IMG/VR virus record: IMGVR_UViG_3300036850_000123
Location: 1 to 30,947 of that record
Strand: one strand, 5' to 3'
Length of the DNA stretch: 30,947 nt
Origin: a virus
Taxonomy: Duplodnaviria; Caudoviricetes
Shown here: positions 14,476 through 23,318 of the stretch, one piece after another
Layout: every line of letters begins with the position of its first letter
Position numbering within the stretch: position 1 is the stretch's first letter
Position numbers and translations under genes: made by a program
The notes under the pieces: model-generated
Database searches by the model: none
What the model was told of the DNA's origin: nothing
What the model saw: only the letters and a program-made list of their open reading frames with translations

Positions 14476-15435
14476 ATGCCGAGGCTGACCGTGCCGCCCC
14501 CGTCGCACGAGCCTTCCCCGTACGGGCTGCTGTCCGTGGTGGAGGCCCGCTACGACGAGCCCGGCCCGCACTGGCGGACCGGGGTGCAGTGGCAGCCGCT
14601 GTGCGGGGATTTGGCCACCACCTACGACCCGTGCCTTGCGGTGACGGGGACGGGTGGTCCGCCGCCGGTCCCGCCGCCGAAATCCTCGAACCTGACGTTC
14701 GAAACGCGGGGCGCTACACCGTTCACCGTGTACGCCGACTTCCAATGCTCGCCGGCGGCGACCGCCGGGGACGCGGAACGGCAGGCGCAGGAGGCGATGC
14801 GCCGGTTCGAGGCGTGGCAGGTCGAACACGCCTTCTGGACCGGTCTTGCTGGTGGTTCCGGAACCGTCCCGCAGGTCACGGCCGTCTACCCGCACCTGGC
14901 CGCCGACGCGGAGGTCCGCGACCCGTACGGCACCTTGCTGCAAACCGCGTCGGATCCGGTGACCGGTGCTGTCCTCGACGTTGTTGAGGGGCTGGGCCGG
15001 CTGGAGCAGGCCCTCGTGACCTGCCTCGGCGGTGTGGGTGTCATCCACGTTCCTGCCGTGCTGGCCCCGGCATTGGATGCGCAGGGGCTGCTGCACCCGA
15101 GTAAAGACGGCCGGCAGTTCAGGACGGGGAACGGGAACCTGGTCGCGGTCGGCTCCGGCTACCCGGGAACCAGCCCGTCAGGTACCACACCCTCGGCAGG
15201 GTCGGCGTGGATGTACGCCACCGGCCCGGTCTTTGCCTACCGGTCGCGGGTCGAAATCCTGGGCCTGCCGTCGATTGTCAACCGGGCCAACAACACCGTC
15301 GAAGCCATTGCCGAACGCACCTATGTGCTCGGTTTCGACTGCTGCCTACACGCCGTCCTCATTTCCACCGGCGGCGTGGTGTCGGGGGCAGGCGACAGCG
15401 TCGGTTCCGGCGACGACCCCGGAGGTGTCGCGTGA
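14476..15435 (+). CDS. probable major capsid pentamer protein / second capsid protein
   Basis: Directly follows the MCP. Motifs PYGLLSV, W..GV.W, PFTVYA...CS, GVIH.P, G.GYPG, W.YATG and AERTYV.G.DC match my recollection of cluster-B-type pentamer proteins. Confidence 0.65.
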   Translation: MPRLTVPPPSHEPSPYGLLSVVEARYDEPGPHWRTGVQWQPLCGDLATTYDPCLAVTGTGGPPPVPPPKSSNLTFETRGATPFTVYADFQCSPAATAGDAERQAQEAMRRFEAWQVEHAFWTGLAGGSGTVPQVTAVYPHLAADAEVRDPYGTLLQTASDPVTGAVLDVVEGLGRLEQALVTCLGGVGVIHVPAVLAPALDAQGLLHPSKDGRQFRTGNGNLVAVGSGYPGTSPSGTTPSAGSAWMYATGPVFAYRSRVEILGLPSIVNRANNTVEAIAERTYVLGFDCCLHAVLISTGGVVSGAGDSVGSGDDPGGVA

Positions 15436-15704
15436 TCAGCGTCGTTGCTTTCGGGTTTCCCCACTTCCTGGCCGTGTTCGGTGTCCTGCGTGGTGCCGGG
15501 GTGGACATCACCCCGAGTGGTGGCAACGCCCTGTCCGTCCCTGACGACACCGACCGCGAACTACTGCGCGCTGTCGCTGCGATGGGCGCGCAGGTCGGGG
15601 TGGATCTCGCCGAACCCGACCCGGAACCCGACCCCGTGACTGCCCCGTCCGCCCCGTCCGCCGCGGCGGTGCGCAAGCCGACCCGCCGCAGGACCAAGGA
15701 GTAG
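15432..15704 (+). CDS. hypothetical virion-associated protein (90 aa, MISVVAFGF...)
   Basis: GTGA overlap, GGAGG SD at 15421, and a Pro/Ala linker with a basic tail. Confidence 0.7.
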   Translation: MISVVAFGFPHFLAVFGVLRGAGVDITPSGGNALSVPDDTDRELLRAVAAMGAQVGVDLAEPDPEPDPVTAPSAPSAAAVRKPTRRRTKE

Positions 15705-15707
15705 CGC

Positions 15708-16385
15708 ATGGCCACCTCTACGATCCGCTACAACCCGATCAAGGGTCGTATCCTGCGCGTCATCCAACTCAACGAGTGCGGCGTACCGGTGACCGGCACC
15801 TCCGGTGGTGTCGTCACCGTCACCGGGTTTACCCAGGTCCAATCCAGTGCACAGTACGAGGATGGCGAGGAATACATCGTCAAGACCGCTGATGCCGCCC
15901 TGTGTGTGAACGAACGCGACGCGAGCATCTTGAAGCGGTTCGAGCTCACCACCACCCTCTGCTCGATCGACCCAGGTCTGGTGGCGAAGACGGTGTCCCC
16001 GGCCCGGCTGCTCACCTACTCGGAGTCGCCGACCGGTACCGGCTTCGCCCTCGCAGAGGGCCTGTCGACTGCCCACTTCAGCTTGGAGGTGTGGCAGCGG
16101 GTCGCCGGCGCGGGTGCGTGTGACGCGTCCGGCGCGGCCCGCTACGTGTACAACGCGTGGCCGCACCTGTACGACGCGAAGATCGGTGACTACTCCATTG
16201 CCAACGAGCCCTCCAGCCTGGAGTTCACCGCCCAGTCCAAGGCCGTCAGTGTGCTGTGGACGGCCGGGAGCCCGTGGCTCGGATCCGGCGCTGTCTCCGT
16301 GGTGCCTGATCACTGGTTCCAGAACGTGACCACGGTCGCCCCGCCGGCGGAAGTGACCGGCATCAACAACTACACGGCGCCGTAG
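15708..16385 (+). CDS. major tail (tube) protein
   Basis: Motifs 'IKGR.LRV..L.ECG.P', 'V.SSA.YEDGEE...K.A....CV' and 'FSLEVW'; AAGGAG SD; followed by a strong hairpin. Confidence 0.8.
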   Translation: MATSTIRYNPIKGRILRVIQLNECGVPVTGTSGGVVTVTGFTQVQSSAQYEDGEEYIVKTADAALCVNERDASILKRFELTTTLCSIDPGLVAKTVSPARLLTYSESPTGTGFALAEGLSTAHFSLEVWQRVAGAGACDASGAARYVYNAWPHLYDAKIGDYSIANEPSSLEFTAQSKAVSVLWTAGSPWLGSGAVSVVPDHWFQNVTTVAPPAEVTGINNYTAP

Positions 16386-16405
16386 ATCCTGCGGGTGCAG
16401 GTGGG

Positions 16406-16448
16406 TGGGGCTGCGGGCCGGGCTAACGGGGGCCGGTTCGCAGCCCCA
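16406..16448 (+). terminator. 16-bp GC-rich stem-loop after the major tail gene
   Basis: TGGGGCTGCGGGCCGG pairs with CCGGTTCGCAGCCCCA (2 G-U pairs). There is no U-tract, which is common in actinobacterial terminators. Confidence 0.6.
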
Positions 16449-16474
16449 ACCGGGGTTGACGGAGGGAGGTTGGG

Positions 16475-17107
16475 ATGGCTCGAATGTTGGGGCCGGCCGG
16501 CGGCCAGCGCCTGGCCTACCTGCTGGCCGGCAACGACCTGGTTTCGGCGGCCGGTAGGACCGCGGTGGTCTACGCCAACCCGACGGGCTCGGCCCTAGCC
16601 GACATCCGCGCCTACGACGGCACCCAGACGCCCGGCGCCGTCATCCCCGGCTCCGCGGTGATCGTGGACGCGGCGTCGCGGCTGCCCCGGTTCTGGTATC
16701 CCGACAACGAATCGCATGTGTGGATCTCCGTCAACGGCGGTCCCCTTGTCGAGTTGCCTCTGTTGGTGGAGTCCGTCAACGGGCAGTCCGGTGTAGTCGT
16801 CCTGGACCTCAGCGCGACGGCACAGGCTGACGGAGCGGTCGCGTTGGACTTCGGTGCCTGGCCAGGCACCCATGAAACATCCGTAGCCATCACCGGCCAG
16901 GGCGACATCGCTGAAGACGCGAGCGTCGAGGCCCGGCTATCGGCCGAGGCGTCAGGTGACCACACGGCGGCCGACGCCGCATACGCCGCTCTGTTCATCG
17001 CATTGACCTGCTCGCCACCCACCGCGGGTGACGGGTTCACCGTCTACGCCCGATCCAGCCAGCCGTTCACCGGCACGTTTCGGGTCCAGTGGACCTGGTC
17101 CAACTAA
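16475..17107 (+). CDS. minor virion / fibre-associated protein (210 aa)
   Basis: GGAGG SD. Two beta-rich domains are joined by the 'VESVNGQSGVVVL' fibre-type motif. Confidence 0.65.
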   Translation: MARMLGPAGGQRLAYLLAGNDLVSAAGRTAVVYANPTGSALADIRAYDGTQTPGAVIPGSAVIVDAASRLPRFWYPDNESHVWISVNGGPLVELPLLVESVNGQSGVVVLDLSATAQADGAVALDFGAWPGTHETSVAITGQGDIAEDASVEARLSAEASGDHTAADAAYAALFIALTCSPPTAGDGFTVYARSSQPFTGTFRVQWTWSN

Positions 17108-17123
17108 AGGGAGGCCCGCGCGC

Positions 17124-18518
17124 ATGGCGCTCGACTCAATCATCCGGGACGTCGCGACTGGTGTCGGCGCAGGCGTCAACTCAAGCAACGCGTTGAAGGT
17201 GGCACTTGCCACCTCTCCGACCGCCGCCGGATGGGTCAAGCTGGCCGGGCCGTCCGGCGACCCGGCGATCATCTCACCAACCGGGCACATGATGGTCGGC
17301 CAGGACAGCCTGTTGATCTCTGATCAGGTTGATGGTGTCGCGCTGAACACCAACGTGTGGTCGTCGGCGGCGACCACGTTCACGATCACCCAGGCGTCTG
17401 GGCTGATCAACCTGAATGCGGCGCTGTCCACGGCCGCTAACGGCGCCGCGCAAATCAACTCGATCAAACAGGTTGCGATGTACGGCGCCCATCCGATCGC
17501 GGCGGCGATCACCGCCATCACGAACGTCGGACCGCAAACCAACGCCACGATGGAGTTGGGTTTCGGGATTGCGTCAGGCACGGCGGCACCCACAGATGGG
17601 GCGTTCTTCCGCTGGGCGTCGTCGGGGAACTTCGTCGGCGTCCTCAACTACGGCGGCAGCGAAACCCTCAGCGACCCCCTGACCGTTCCGACCGCCGATG
17701 AGGCGCACGAGTTCTTGGTCGTCATCGACAACCAAGAAGTCCTGTTCATGATCGACGGTGAGGTGGCCGGCAGTGTGTCCAGGCCGGCCGCTCAGCCGTT
17801 CCCCGTTGCCACCGCCCGCATGCCGGTCTTTGCCCGCGTCTACAACGCCGCCTCGACACCCTCGACGGCGCCGCGGCTCCAGATCGGGCAAACCATCGTC
17901 CTTCAGAATGTCCTCAACTTGGGCCGCGACTGGCCTACCGCGCTGGCTGCCATCGGCCGCGGGGCCTACCAGTCGCCGGTCACCGCCTTTGCGCAGACCG
18001 CCAACCACGCCAACAGCACCGCACCGGCCGCAGCGACACTGTCCAACACGGCCGCTGGTTACACCACCCTCGGCGGCCGGTACCTGTTCGCCGCACCGGC
18101 CGGTGCGGCGACCGACTTTGCCCTGTTCGGCTACCAGGTGCCTGCAGGCTTCCAGCTCCACGTGACCAGTGTCGCGATCTCGGCAATGAACACCGGCGCC
18201 GCTGTGGCCACCACGGCAACCGTTTTGGACTGGTCGATTGGTGTCAACGCTTCTGCTGTGTCGCTGGCCACCGCGGACGGTGCCGGCACCTGGGCGCCCC
18301 GCCGTATCCCACTCGGCCTTCAGGGGTTCCCGCTCGGCGCACCGAACGGCCCGGCGCAGATCGGCGAATCCGCCGAGGAAATCGACCGCCAGTTCAATCC
18401 GCCGCTGGTCGTGGATTCGGGCCGGTTCCTGCACATCATCCTGTCCGTCCCCGTGGGGACCGCGACCGCATCCCAGCAGATCCGCGGCACCGTCACCATC
18501 AACGGCTACTTCGAGTAA
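17124..18518 (+). CDS. beta-rich minor virion protein with ConA/LamG-like segment (464 aa)
   Basis: Start MALDSII after the GGGAGG SD. Ala/Thr/Gly-rich, with the lectin-like pattern 'DGAFFRW...HEFLVVID..EVLFMIDG'. Confidence 0.65.
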   Translation: MALDSIIRDVATGVGAGVNSSNALKVALATSPTAAGWVKLAGPSGDPAIISPTGHMMVGQDSLLISDQVDGVALNTNVWSSAATTFTITQASGLINLNAALSTAANGAAQINSIKQVAMYGAHPIAAAITAITNVGPQTNATMELGFGIASGTAAPTDGAFFRWASSGNFVGVLNYGGSETLSDPLTVPTADEAHEFLVVIDNQEVLFMIDGEVAGSVSRPAAQPFPVATARMPVFARVYNAASTPSTAPRLQIGQTIVLQNVLNLGRDWPTALAAIGRGAYQSPVTAFAQTANHANSTAPAAATLSNTAAGYTTLGGRYLFAAPAGAATDFALFGYQVPAGFQLHVTSVAISAMNTGAAVATTATVLDWSIGVNASAVSLATADGAGTWAPRRIPLGLQGFPLGAPNGPAQIGESAEEIDRQFNPPLVVDSGRFLHIILSVPVGTATASQQIRGTVTINGYFE

Positions 18519-18532
18519 AGAGAGGCCAGACG

Positions 18533-18709
18533 ATGGCTACCGAAAACATCCTCGTGATCACAGTCGCCGGTCAGCCGCCCGTCGTCGTCGCCGACGACAA
18601 CCCGGAACTGGTCGGACAGGCCATCCTCGACTACCGCGACGCCAACCCATCCACGCCGGAGTTCGCCGTCAGCGTGCGGCCGGGCACCCGCGAAACCCCC
18701 GACGCCTGA
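18533..18709 (+). CDS. 58-aa hypothetical protein (not in ORF track)
   Basis: Translates as MATENILVITVAGQPPVVVADDNPELVGQAILDYRDANPSTPEFAVSVRPGTRETPDA; GAGAGG SD; GC3 bias. Confidence 0.7.
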   Translation: MATENILVITVAGQPPVVVADDNPELVGQAILDYRDANPSTPEFAVSVRPGTRETPDA

Positions 18710-18766
18710 GGGCTAGGGCGACGCGCACCTGGGGACGACGGCCCAGATTTCGGTACCAGGAGAGGG

Positions 18767-19309
18767 GTGGGCGTGGCGGCCGTCGGTTACACGAGCGGCG
18801 ACCCACGGAAGGTCAGCAAGTCCGGGTACAGCCAAGGCGACGTCCTTGCCGCCAACGCTGCCGGCGAACTCACCGCGATCCCCGTCGGCACCGACACCGA
18901 AGTTTTCACCGCCCAGGCAGCTGATCCGGAAGGCGTCGACTGGCTGCCTGCGACTGGCGGGCAGCGTTTCACCTTGACGTGGTCGCGTGACGGCGACGTG
19001 ACAGCCGGCGTGGGGACGATGCGTTGGTACAACCGCACCGGCGCGACGCGGACGATCCACGGCGTGTGGCCAGCGGCCGGCACCGCCCCGACCGGGCAGG
19101 CGCTGATTGTCGACGTGCACAAGAACGGCGCCACGATCTTCACGAACCAGGCTGGCCGTCCCACCATCCCCGCCGGAAGCAACGGCGGCGCCTTGGCCAC
19201 CCCGGACGTCACGACTATCTCGGACGGCGAATACCTGACGGTCGACCGGGACCAGGTCGGCTCGGTCGTCGCTGGCGCTGACGTGACCGTCGGCGTGGTG
19301 ATGTCGTGA
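18767..19309 (+). CDS. fibre-like minor virion protein (~180 aa)
   Basis: Contains 'GYTSGDPRKV', a fibre-type segment 'GDVLAA...IPVGTD.EV..A.....G..W' and a C-terminal beta-sandwich ending 'YLTVD.DQVGS..AG.D'. Start is 18767 or 18773. Confidence 0.65.
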   Translation: MGVAAVGYTSGDPRKVSKSGYSQGDVLAANAAGELTAIPVGTDTEVFTAQAADPEGVDWLPATGGQRFTLTWSRDGDVTAGVGTMRWYNRTGATRTIHGVWPAAGTAPTGQALIVDVHKNGATIFTNQAGRPTIPAGSNGGALATPDVTTISDGEYLTVDRDQVGSVVAGADVTVGVVMS

Positions 19310-19341
19310 CCATTTCAACGAAGCCTGAGGAGGGACCCGCA

Positions 19342-19554
19342 GTGAGGATTGTTCCCGCGAGTGTGATCAAGGATGGCGGGGAGGTGTACCAGCCCGACAC
19401 CGAGTACGACGTGGATGACGAGGTTGGGCGCCGCTTCGTGATCCTGGGCTGGGCCACGTCACCCGACTACACCGCCGGTGGTGCGTCCAGCGACACGACG
19501 GCGAACGTAGCGCCGAACAGTGTCCGCCACACCACCGCCGGGGCGGAGGTCTAA
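19342..19554 (+). CDS. small hypothetical virion protein (70 aa)
   Basis: GAGGAGGG SD before GTG 19342; motif 'Y..D....V.D..G..F...GWA'. Confidence 0.6.
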   Translation: MRIVPASVIKDGGEVYQPDTEYDVDDEVGRRFVILGWATSPDYTAGGASSDTTANVAPNSVRHTTAGAEV

Positions 19555-19557
19555 GTC

Positions 19558-19944
19558 ATGGCCAAGTTCGCACCCGACTCCACTCTCGAAGGTCTACTTG
19601 CCCAGGTGGCGCTCGCCGACGAAATGTACGTGTGTAGCGCGCAGCCGACCAACTACGCCGACATTGCCAACAGCGACTTGGTGGGTCCGATCACCCTGAC
19701 CCCCGGCAACGGGGGCGGCGATTTCACCTATGCGGACGGCGATGTGTCCGGCAGGAAGGTGACGGTGGCGGCGCAGAACGGCGCGTCGGTGATCGCGTCC
19801 GGAAACGCCACGCACGTCGTCCTAGCGACCGGCGGTGCCACTGACCTGATCCGCTACATCACGACCTGCACGTCCCAAGCTCTCACGTCCGGGAACACCG
19901 CCAACGTGGGCGCCTGGAAAGTTGAGGTCGGGGATCCATCCTGA
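19558..19944 (+). CDS. small beta-sandwich structural subunit (128 aa), candidate fibre subunit
   Basis: GGAGG SD; 'VCSAQPT.YA', 'GDFT.ADGDVSGRKVTV', 'ATHVVL' and 'EVGDP' resemble a widespread phage structural family. Confidence 0.6.
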   Translation: MAKFAPDSTLEGLLAQVALADEMYVCSAQPTNYADIANSDLVGPITLTPGNGGGDFTYADGDVSGRKVTVAAQNGASVIASGNATHVVLATGGATDLIRYITTCTSQALTSGNTANVGAWKVEVGDPS

Positions 19945-19971
19945 TCGGACGGGGGATGAGGGGGTCTCACG

Positions 19972-20667
19972 GTGACGATCCCGACGATCCGTGAAGAGTC
20001 GGCGATCATCCAGGCCATCAACGCGGGCACCAGCATCAGCCTTTCAGGAGCCGTTCAGGCCCTGGATCGGCTGATTGTGTGGCGGGGCAGCAACAACATC
20101 CTGTACTCGTCGCTCACCGCCCCTACCTTGTCCGGGGTCACGTTCACGGAGATCTGCATCTACGCAGGCTCCGGGACGCGCCCTCACCTGCGGTGCTGGA
20201 CCGGCCTCCTGGCGGCGAGCGGAGCCCAAAGCGTCACCTGCGGCCAGTTGGGAACGGCAGGGCACAACAACGTCGCCGCGGTCCTGCAGGGCTCTGCGGC
20301 GCTGGCCGCCGGTTCCACACCGTCGGCCGGGCAGGTGGGCGCGAACGAAGGCGTCCACGCGGCGCCCGCGTTGACGGTCACCGACTCCACCTATCTGCGG
20401 TATTCGATGGCGCAGGCCCGCGGCCCGGACGCCTCCACCGACTACACGCTGCCGTCCGGGTGGACGCTGGTCGCCGAGATCACCGGCACCAACCCGGCGA
20501 TGCTCGCAAGGCGCGAGACGTTCGCCTCGGCCCAGGACTTCACGCAGGGCGGCGGCACCTGGGACGAGTTCGCTGCCAACAGTTCCGCATGGGTGGCCCC
20601 CACTGCCGCCGCTGGGCCGCCGCCACGAAACCGCCGCAGACAGCTTGCCGGCTTGCTACTTCGATAG
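19972..20667 (+). CDS. beta-rich minor virion protein (231 aa)
   Basis: Gly/Ala/Thr-rich, contains a 'T.PSGWT' motif, and ends in an Arg-rich C-terminal peptide. Confidence 0.6.
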   Translation: MTIPTIREESAIIQAINAGTSISLSGAVQALDRLIVWRGSNNILYSSLTAPTLSGVTFTEICIYAGSGTRPHLRCWTGLLAASGAQSVTCGQLGTAGHNNVAAVLQGSAALAAGSTPSAGQVGANEGVHAAPALTVTDSTYLRYSMAQARGPDASTDYTLPSGWTLVAEITGTNPAMLARRETFASAQDFTQGGGTWDEFAANSSAWVAPTAAAGPPPRNRRRQLAGLLLR

Positions 20668-20682
20668 GAGAACGGAGCCACC

Positions 20683-21162
20683 ATGCCCCGTCTGTACACA
20701 GTGGAATTTGAAGCCCAAACCGTCGCCGCCGCGTCCGGCGACATCGACCTGTTCTCCCTCGACGCCGCCACCGACAAGCCCATCGAGTTGGTCGAGGTAC
20801 ACCTCGGGCAGACAACCGAACTCGGCGACACTGCCGAGGAGCAGTTGCGGATCCGGTACATCCGCGGCCACACCACCGTCGGCTCCGGCGGGGCGTCGGC
20901 AACCCCGCAGCCACCAAGTGCGAACGACGCCGCGTCCGGCGCGACCACTCGAACACTGGACACCACGATCGCGTCGGCCGGCACCGCCGTAAACCTGGCA
21001 TCGGAGGCGTGGAACCTGCGCGGACCGTACGACTGGGGTCCCCGCCCGCAGGGTATGGGCTTCTGGACGTCCGGCTCGGCCATCCTCGTCGTCCGCCTGA
21101 TGGCTGCGGTCGCCGACGACATCACCGCCTCCGGCTGGTGCTCCTTCTACGAATATCCATAG
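20683..21162 (+). CDS. beta-sandwich minor virion protein (159 aa)
   Basis: GGAG SD; alternating beta-strand pattern; lies within the fibre-gene block. Confidence 0.65.
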   Translation: MPRLYTVEFEAQTVAAASGDIDLFSLDAATDKPIELVEVHLGQTTELGDTAEEQLRIRYIRGHTTVGSGGASATPQPPSANDAASGATTRTLDTTIASAGTAVNLASEAWNLRGPYDWGPRPQGMGFWTSGSAILVVRLMAAVADDITASGWCSFYEYP

Positions 21163-21171
21163 GGGAGTGCG

Positions 21172-22233
21172 ATGCCTGTCGCCCGCCGGACCCGTCAGGC
21201 CCGATGGCCGCTACGGGGCGAACCTCGATGGGCGCCTCACAGGCGGCGACCGATCTTCACTGCTGCCGCCGAGCAGACCCTGACCGTCGCCGATGCCGGA
21301 CACGCCCACACCGCCGAGTCGCCCGCCCTCACCCAAGTCCACGTCCTGACCTCGGCTGACGCCGCGCATCCCCACACGGCCGGGCAGCCCGCCGTCACCC
21401 AGGTCCACGCCATCGTCGCCGACGACACCGTTCACGGGCACACCGCGGGCCAGCCGACGCTGACACAAGCCCACGCTGTCGTGGCCGCGGATGCCACCCA
21501 TGGCCAGTCGGCGGACTCGCCAAGTCTCACCCAGGCGCACGAGGTCGCCGCGCTGGATGCGACCCACGGCCACACGGCTGAGGCGCCGCAACTCACCCAA
21601 GCCCACATTCTCGTAGCATCCGACGCCAGCCACGCCCATGCGGCCGAGCAGCCGACCCTGACCCAGGCTCACGCGGTCGCGGCTATAGATGCGTCGCACG
21701 CGCACATCGCCGACCAGCCCACGGTGACGCAAGCCCACGTTCTGGTCGCCGCCGACGCTACCCATACCCAGACGGCGGACCAGCCTGCACTGACCCAGGT
21801 GCATGTCCTGGCCGTCGCCGACGCGTCCCACGCGCACACAGCGGGCAGTCCCACGCTCAGCGGTGAGGGCGACATCCTGCCCGACGACGCTCGCCATGCG
21901 CACACCGCCGACTCGGCCAGCCTGACGCAGGTGCACGAACTCGGCCTAGCGGACGCGTCGCACGCCCACACTGCAGATCAGGCACCGTTGACCACCGGCT
22001 CCTCTCTTGCTGTCGACTCCGCGTCCCACACGCAGACGGCCGCGGTGTCGACCCTTACTCAGCAGCACATGATCGCCGTCGATGCCTGTGTGCATGGGCA
22101 GATCGTTGACCAAGCCGGCGTGACCCAGGTGCACCAGTTGGTCGCCCACGACGCCGGCCATGCACACGTTGCCGACCAACCGACGGTGAACCCGGCGGGC
22201 CAGTCAAGGGAAAGGTGGGGGCTCGCGCTATGA
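21172..22233 (+). CDS. His-rich tandem-repeat protein (353 aa, 14 x 22 aa)
   Basis: Consensus xLxxADAxHAHTADQPxLTQxH; GGGGAG SD; ATGA-coupled to the adaptor gene. Confidence 0.8.
   Translation: MPVARRTRQARWPLRGEPRWAPHRRRPIFTAAAEQTLTVADAGHAHTAESPALTQVHVLTSADAAHPHTAGQPAVTQVHAIVADDTVHGHTAGQPTLTQAHAVVAADATHGQSADSPSLTQAHEVAALDATHGHTAEAPQLTQAHILVASDASHAHAAEQPTLTQAHAVAAIDASHAHIADQPTVTQAHVLVAADATHTQTADQPALTQVHVLAVADASHAHTAGSPTLSGEGDILPDDARHAHTADSASLTQVHELGLADASHAHTADQAPLTTGSSLAVDSASHTQTAAVSTLTQQHMIAVDACVHGQIVDQAGVTQVHQLVAHDAGHAHVADQPTVNPAGQSRERWGLAL
21277..22200 (+). repeat. 14 degenerate 66-bp coding repeats
   Basis: An exact 22-aa period without indels runs from aa 36 to 343. Confidence 0.85.
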
Positions 22234-23318
22234 CCTACCTGCAGGGCCGTACCGCCACGCTATATGTCCAGTGGAGGGAGTACGCCCCGGACGGCCCATT
22301 CGTCGCGGTCACCGGCGTCACGATCGCTCTCACGCCGCTGTCCGGTGGAGCCGCATTGGTCGGGCCCACCTCGACGGGCGTGCTGAACCCTACTGTCGGG
22401 ACCAACGTCTACAACTGGGCGGTCCCCGCCGGTCAGGCGCCGGGCGACTACCTCGTCGTGTGGGACGGCGTCGACCCCGGCACCGGCGACCCGGTCACCG
22501 CCTCCGAAATCATCACGGTGGCAACTACGGCGAGTGCGGCATCCCCGACTGGACTGTGTGAGCCGTGGCCGGTCATCTGGTGCACCAACCTTCCCGCCGG
22601 CTCCGAGGCGGTCACTGGTGCGGCGTTGGCGGCGGCGTCGGAGGCGTTGTGGGCGGCGACCGCGCAACGCTTCGGCCTGTGCACAGAGACGATCCGGCCC
22701 TGCCGACGCGACTGCGGCTCCTCGTGGCCGTTCGCCGACTCGTGGTGGGAGTGGACCGGCGGCACCTGGCCTAGGCCGCTGCTGCATGACGGCGCCTGGT
22801 TCAACATCACCTGCGGCTCCTGCGCGGGTGGCTGCTCCTGCGGCGACCTTGAGGAAGCCCTCCTACCGGGCCCGGTGCACGACATCGTTGAGGTCAAGGT
22901 CGACGGTGTGCCCCTCGCGACGGACGCCTACCGGCTCGATAACGGGCGACTCCTCGTCCGCACTGACGGGGGGTCCTGGCCGGCCTGTCAGCGCCTCGAC
23001 CTGCCAGACACCGCGACCGGCACATGGTCGGTCACCGCGCGGTTCGGCGAGCCAGTGCCGATCCTGGGCCAGCAGGCTGTCGGCGAACTGGCCTGCGAGA
23101 TGGTCAAGGCGATGCTCGGCGAGGACTGTCGGCTGCCGAAGAACGCCCAGCAGTTGGTGCGGCAGGGCATCACGATCAGCTTCCCCGAAGGGTCCGGGCT
23201 AGTCGAGCGGCTCTATTTTGCCGGCATGTTCGTCCAGGCGTTCAACCCGGCGCGACTGGTGGCGAGACCGCAGGTGTACGACGTTGATGGCCCTATGTTC
23301 CGGCGGACGGGGCTGTGA
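22230..23318 (+). CDS. head-to-tail adaptor (Cys-rich, cluster-B-like) with extra N-terminal Ig-like domain
   Basis: Motifs CEPWP, LWAAT..RFGLC...IRPC, W.N..CG.C..GCSC, LPGPV..I.EV..DG, WPACQ, GELACE and RQG.T. The first ~105 aa form a separate beta domain (G.Y.VVW.G). Confidence 0.75.
   Translation: MTYLQGRTATLYVQWREYAPDGPFVAVTGVTIALTPLSGGAALVGPTSTGVLNPTVGTNVYNWAVPAGQAPGDYLVVWDGVDPGTGDPVTASEIITVATTASAASPTGLCEPWPVIWCTNLPAGSEAVTGAALAAASEALWAATAQRFGLCTETIRPCRRDCGSSWPFADSWWEWTGGTWPRPLLHDGAWFNITCGSCAGGCSCGDLEEALLPGPVHDIVEVKVDGVPLATDAYRLDNGRLLVRTDGGSWPACQRLDLPDTATGTWSVTARFGEPVPILGQQAVGELACEMVKAMLGEDCRLPKNAQQLVRQGITISFPEGSGLVERLYFAGMFVQAFNPARLVARPQVYDVDGPMFRRTGL

Noticed and set aside
18708-18743. 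Reverse-strand near-match to the promoter motif (GGCCGTCGTC)
   Set aside because: The nearest TA box (TAGCCC) is at the wrong spacing and lacks the final T.
21277-22200. 66-bp periodicity resembling a CRISPR array
   Set aside because: The repeats are degenerate at synonymous positions and in frame in a protein. There is no constant repeat/unique spacer structure and no cas genes.
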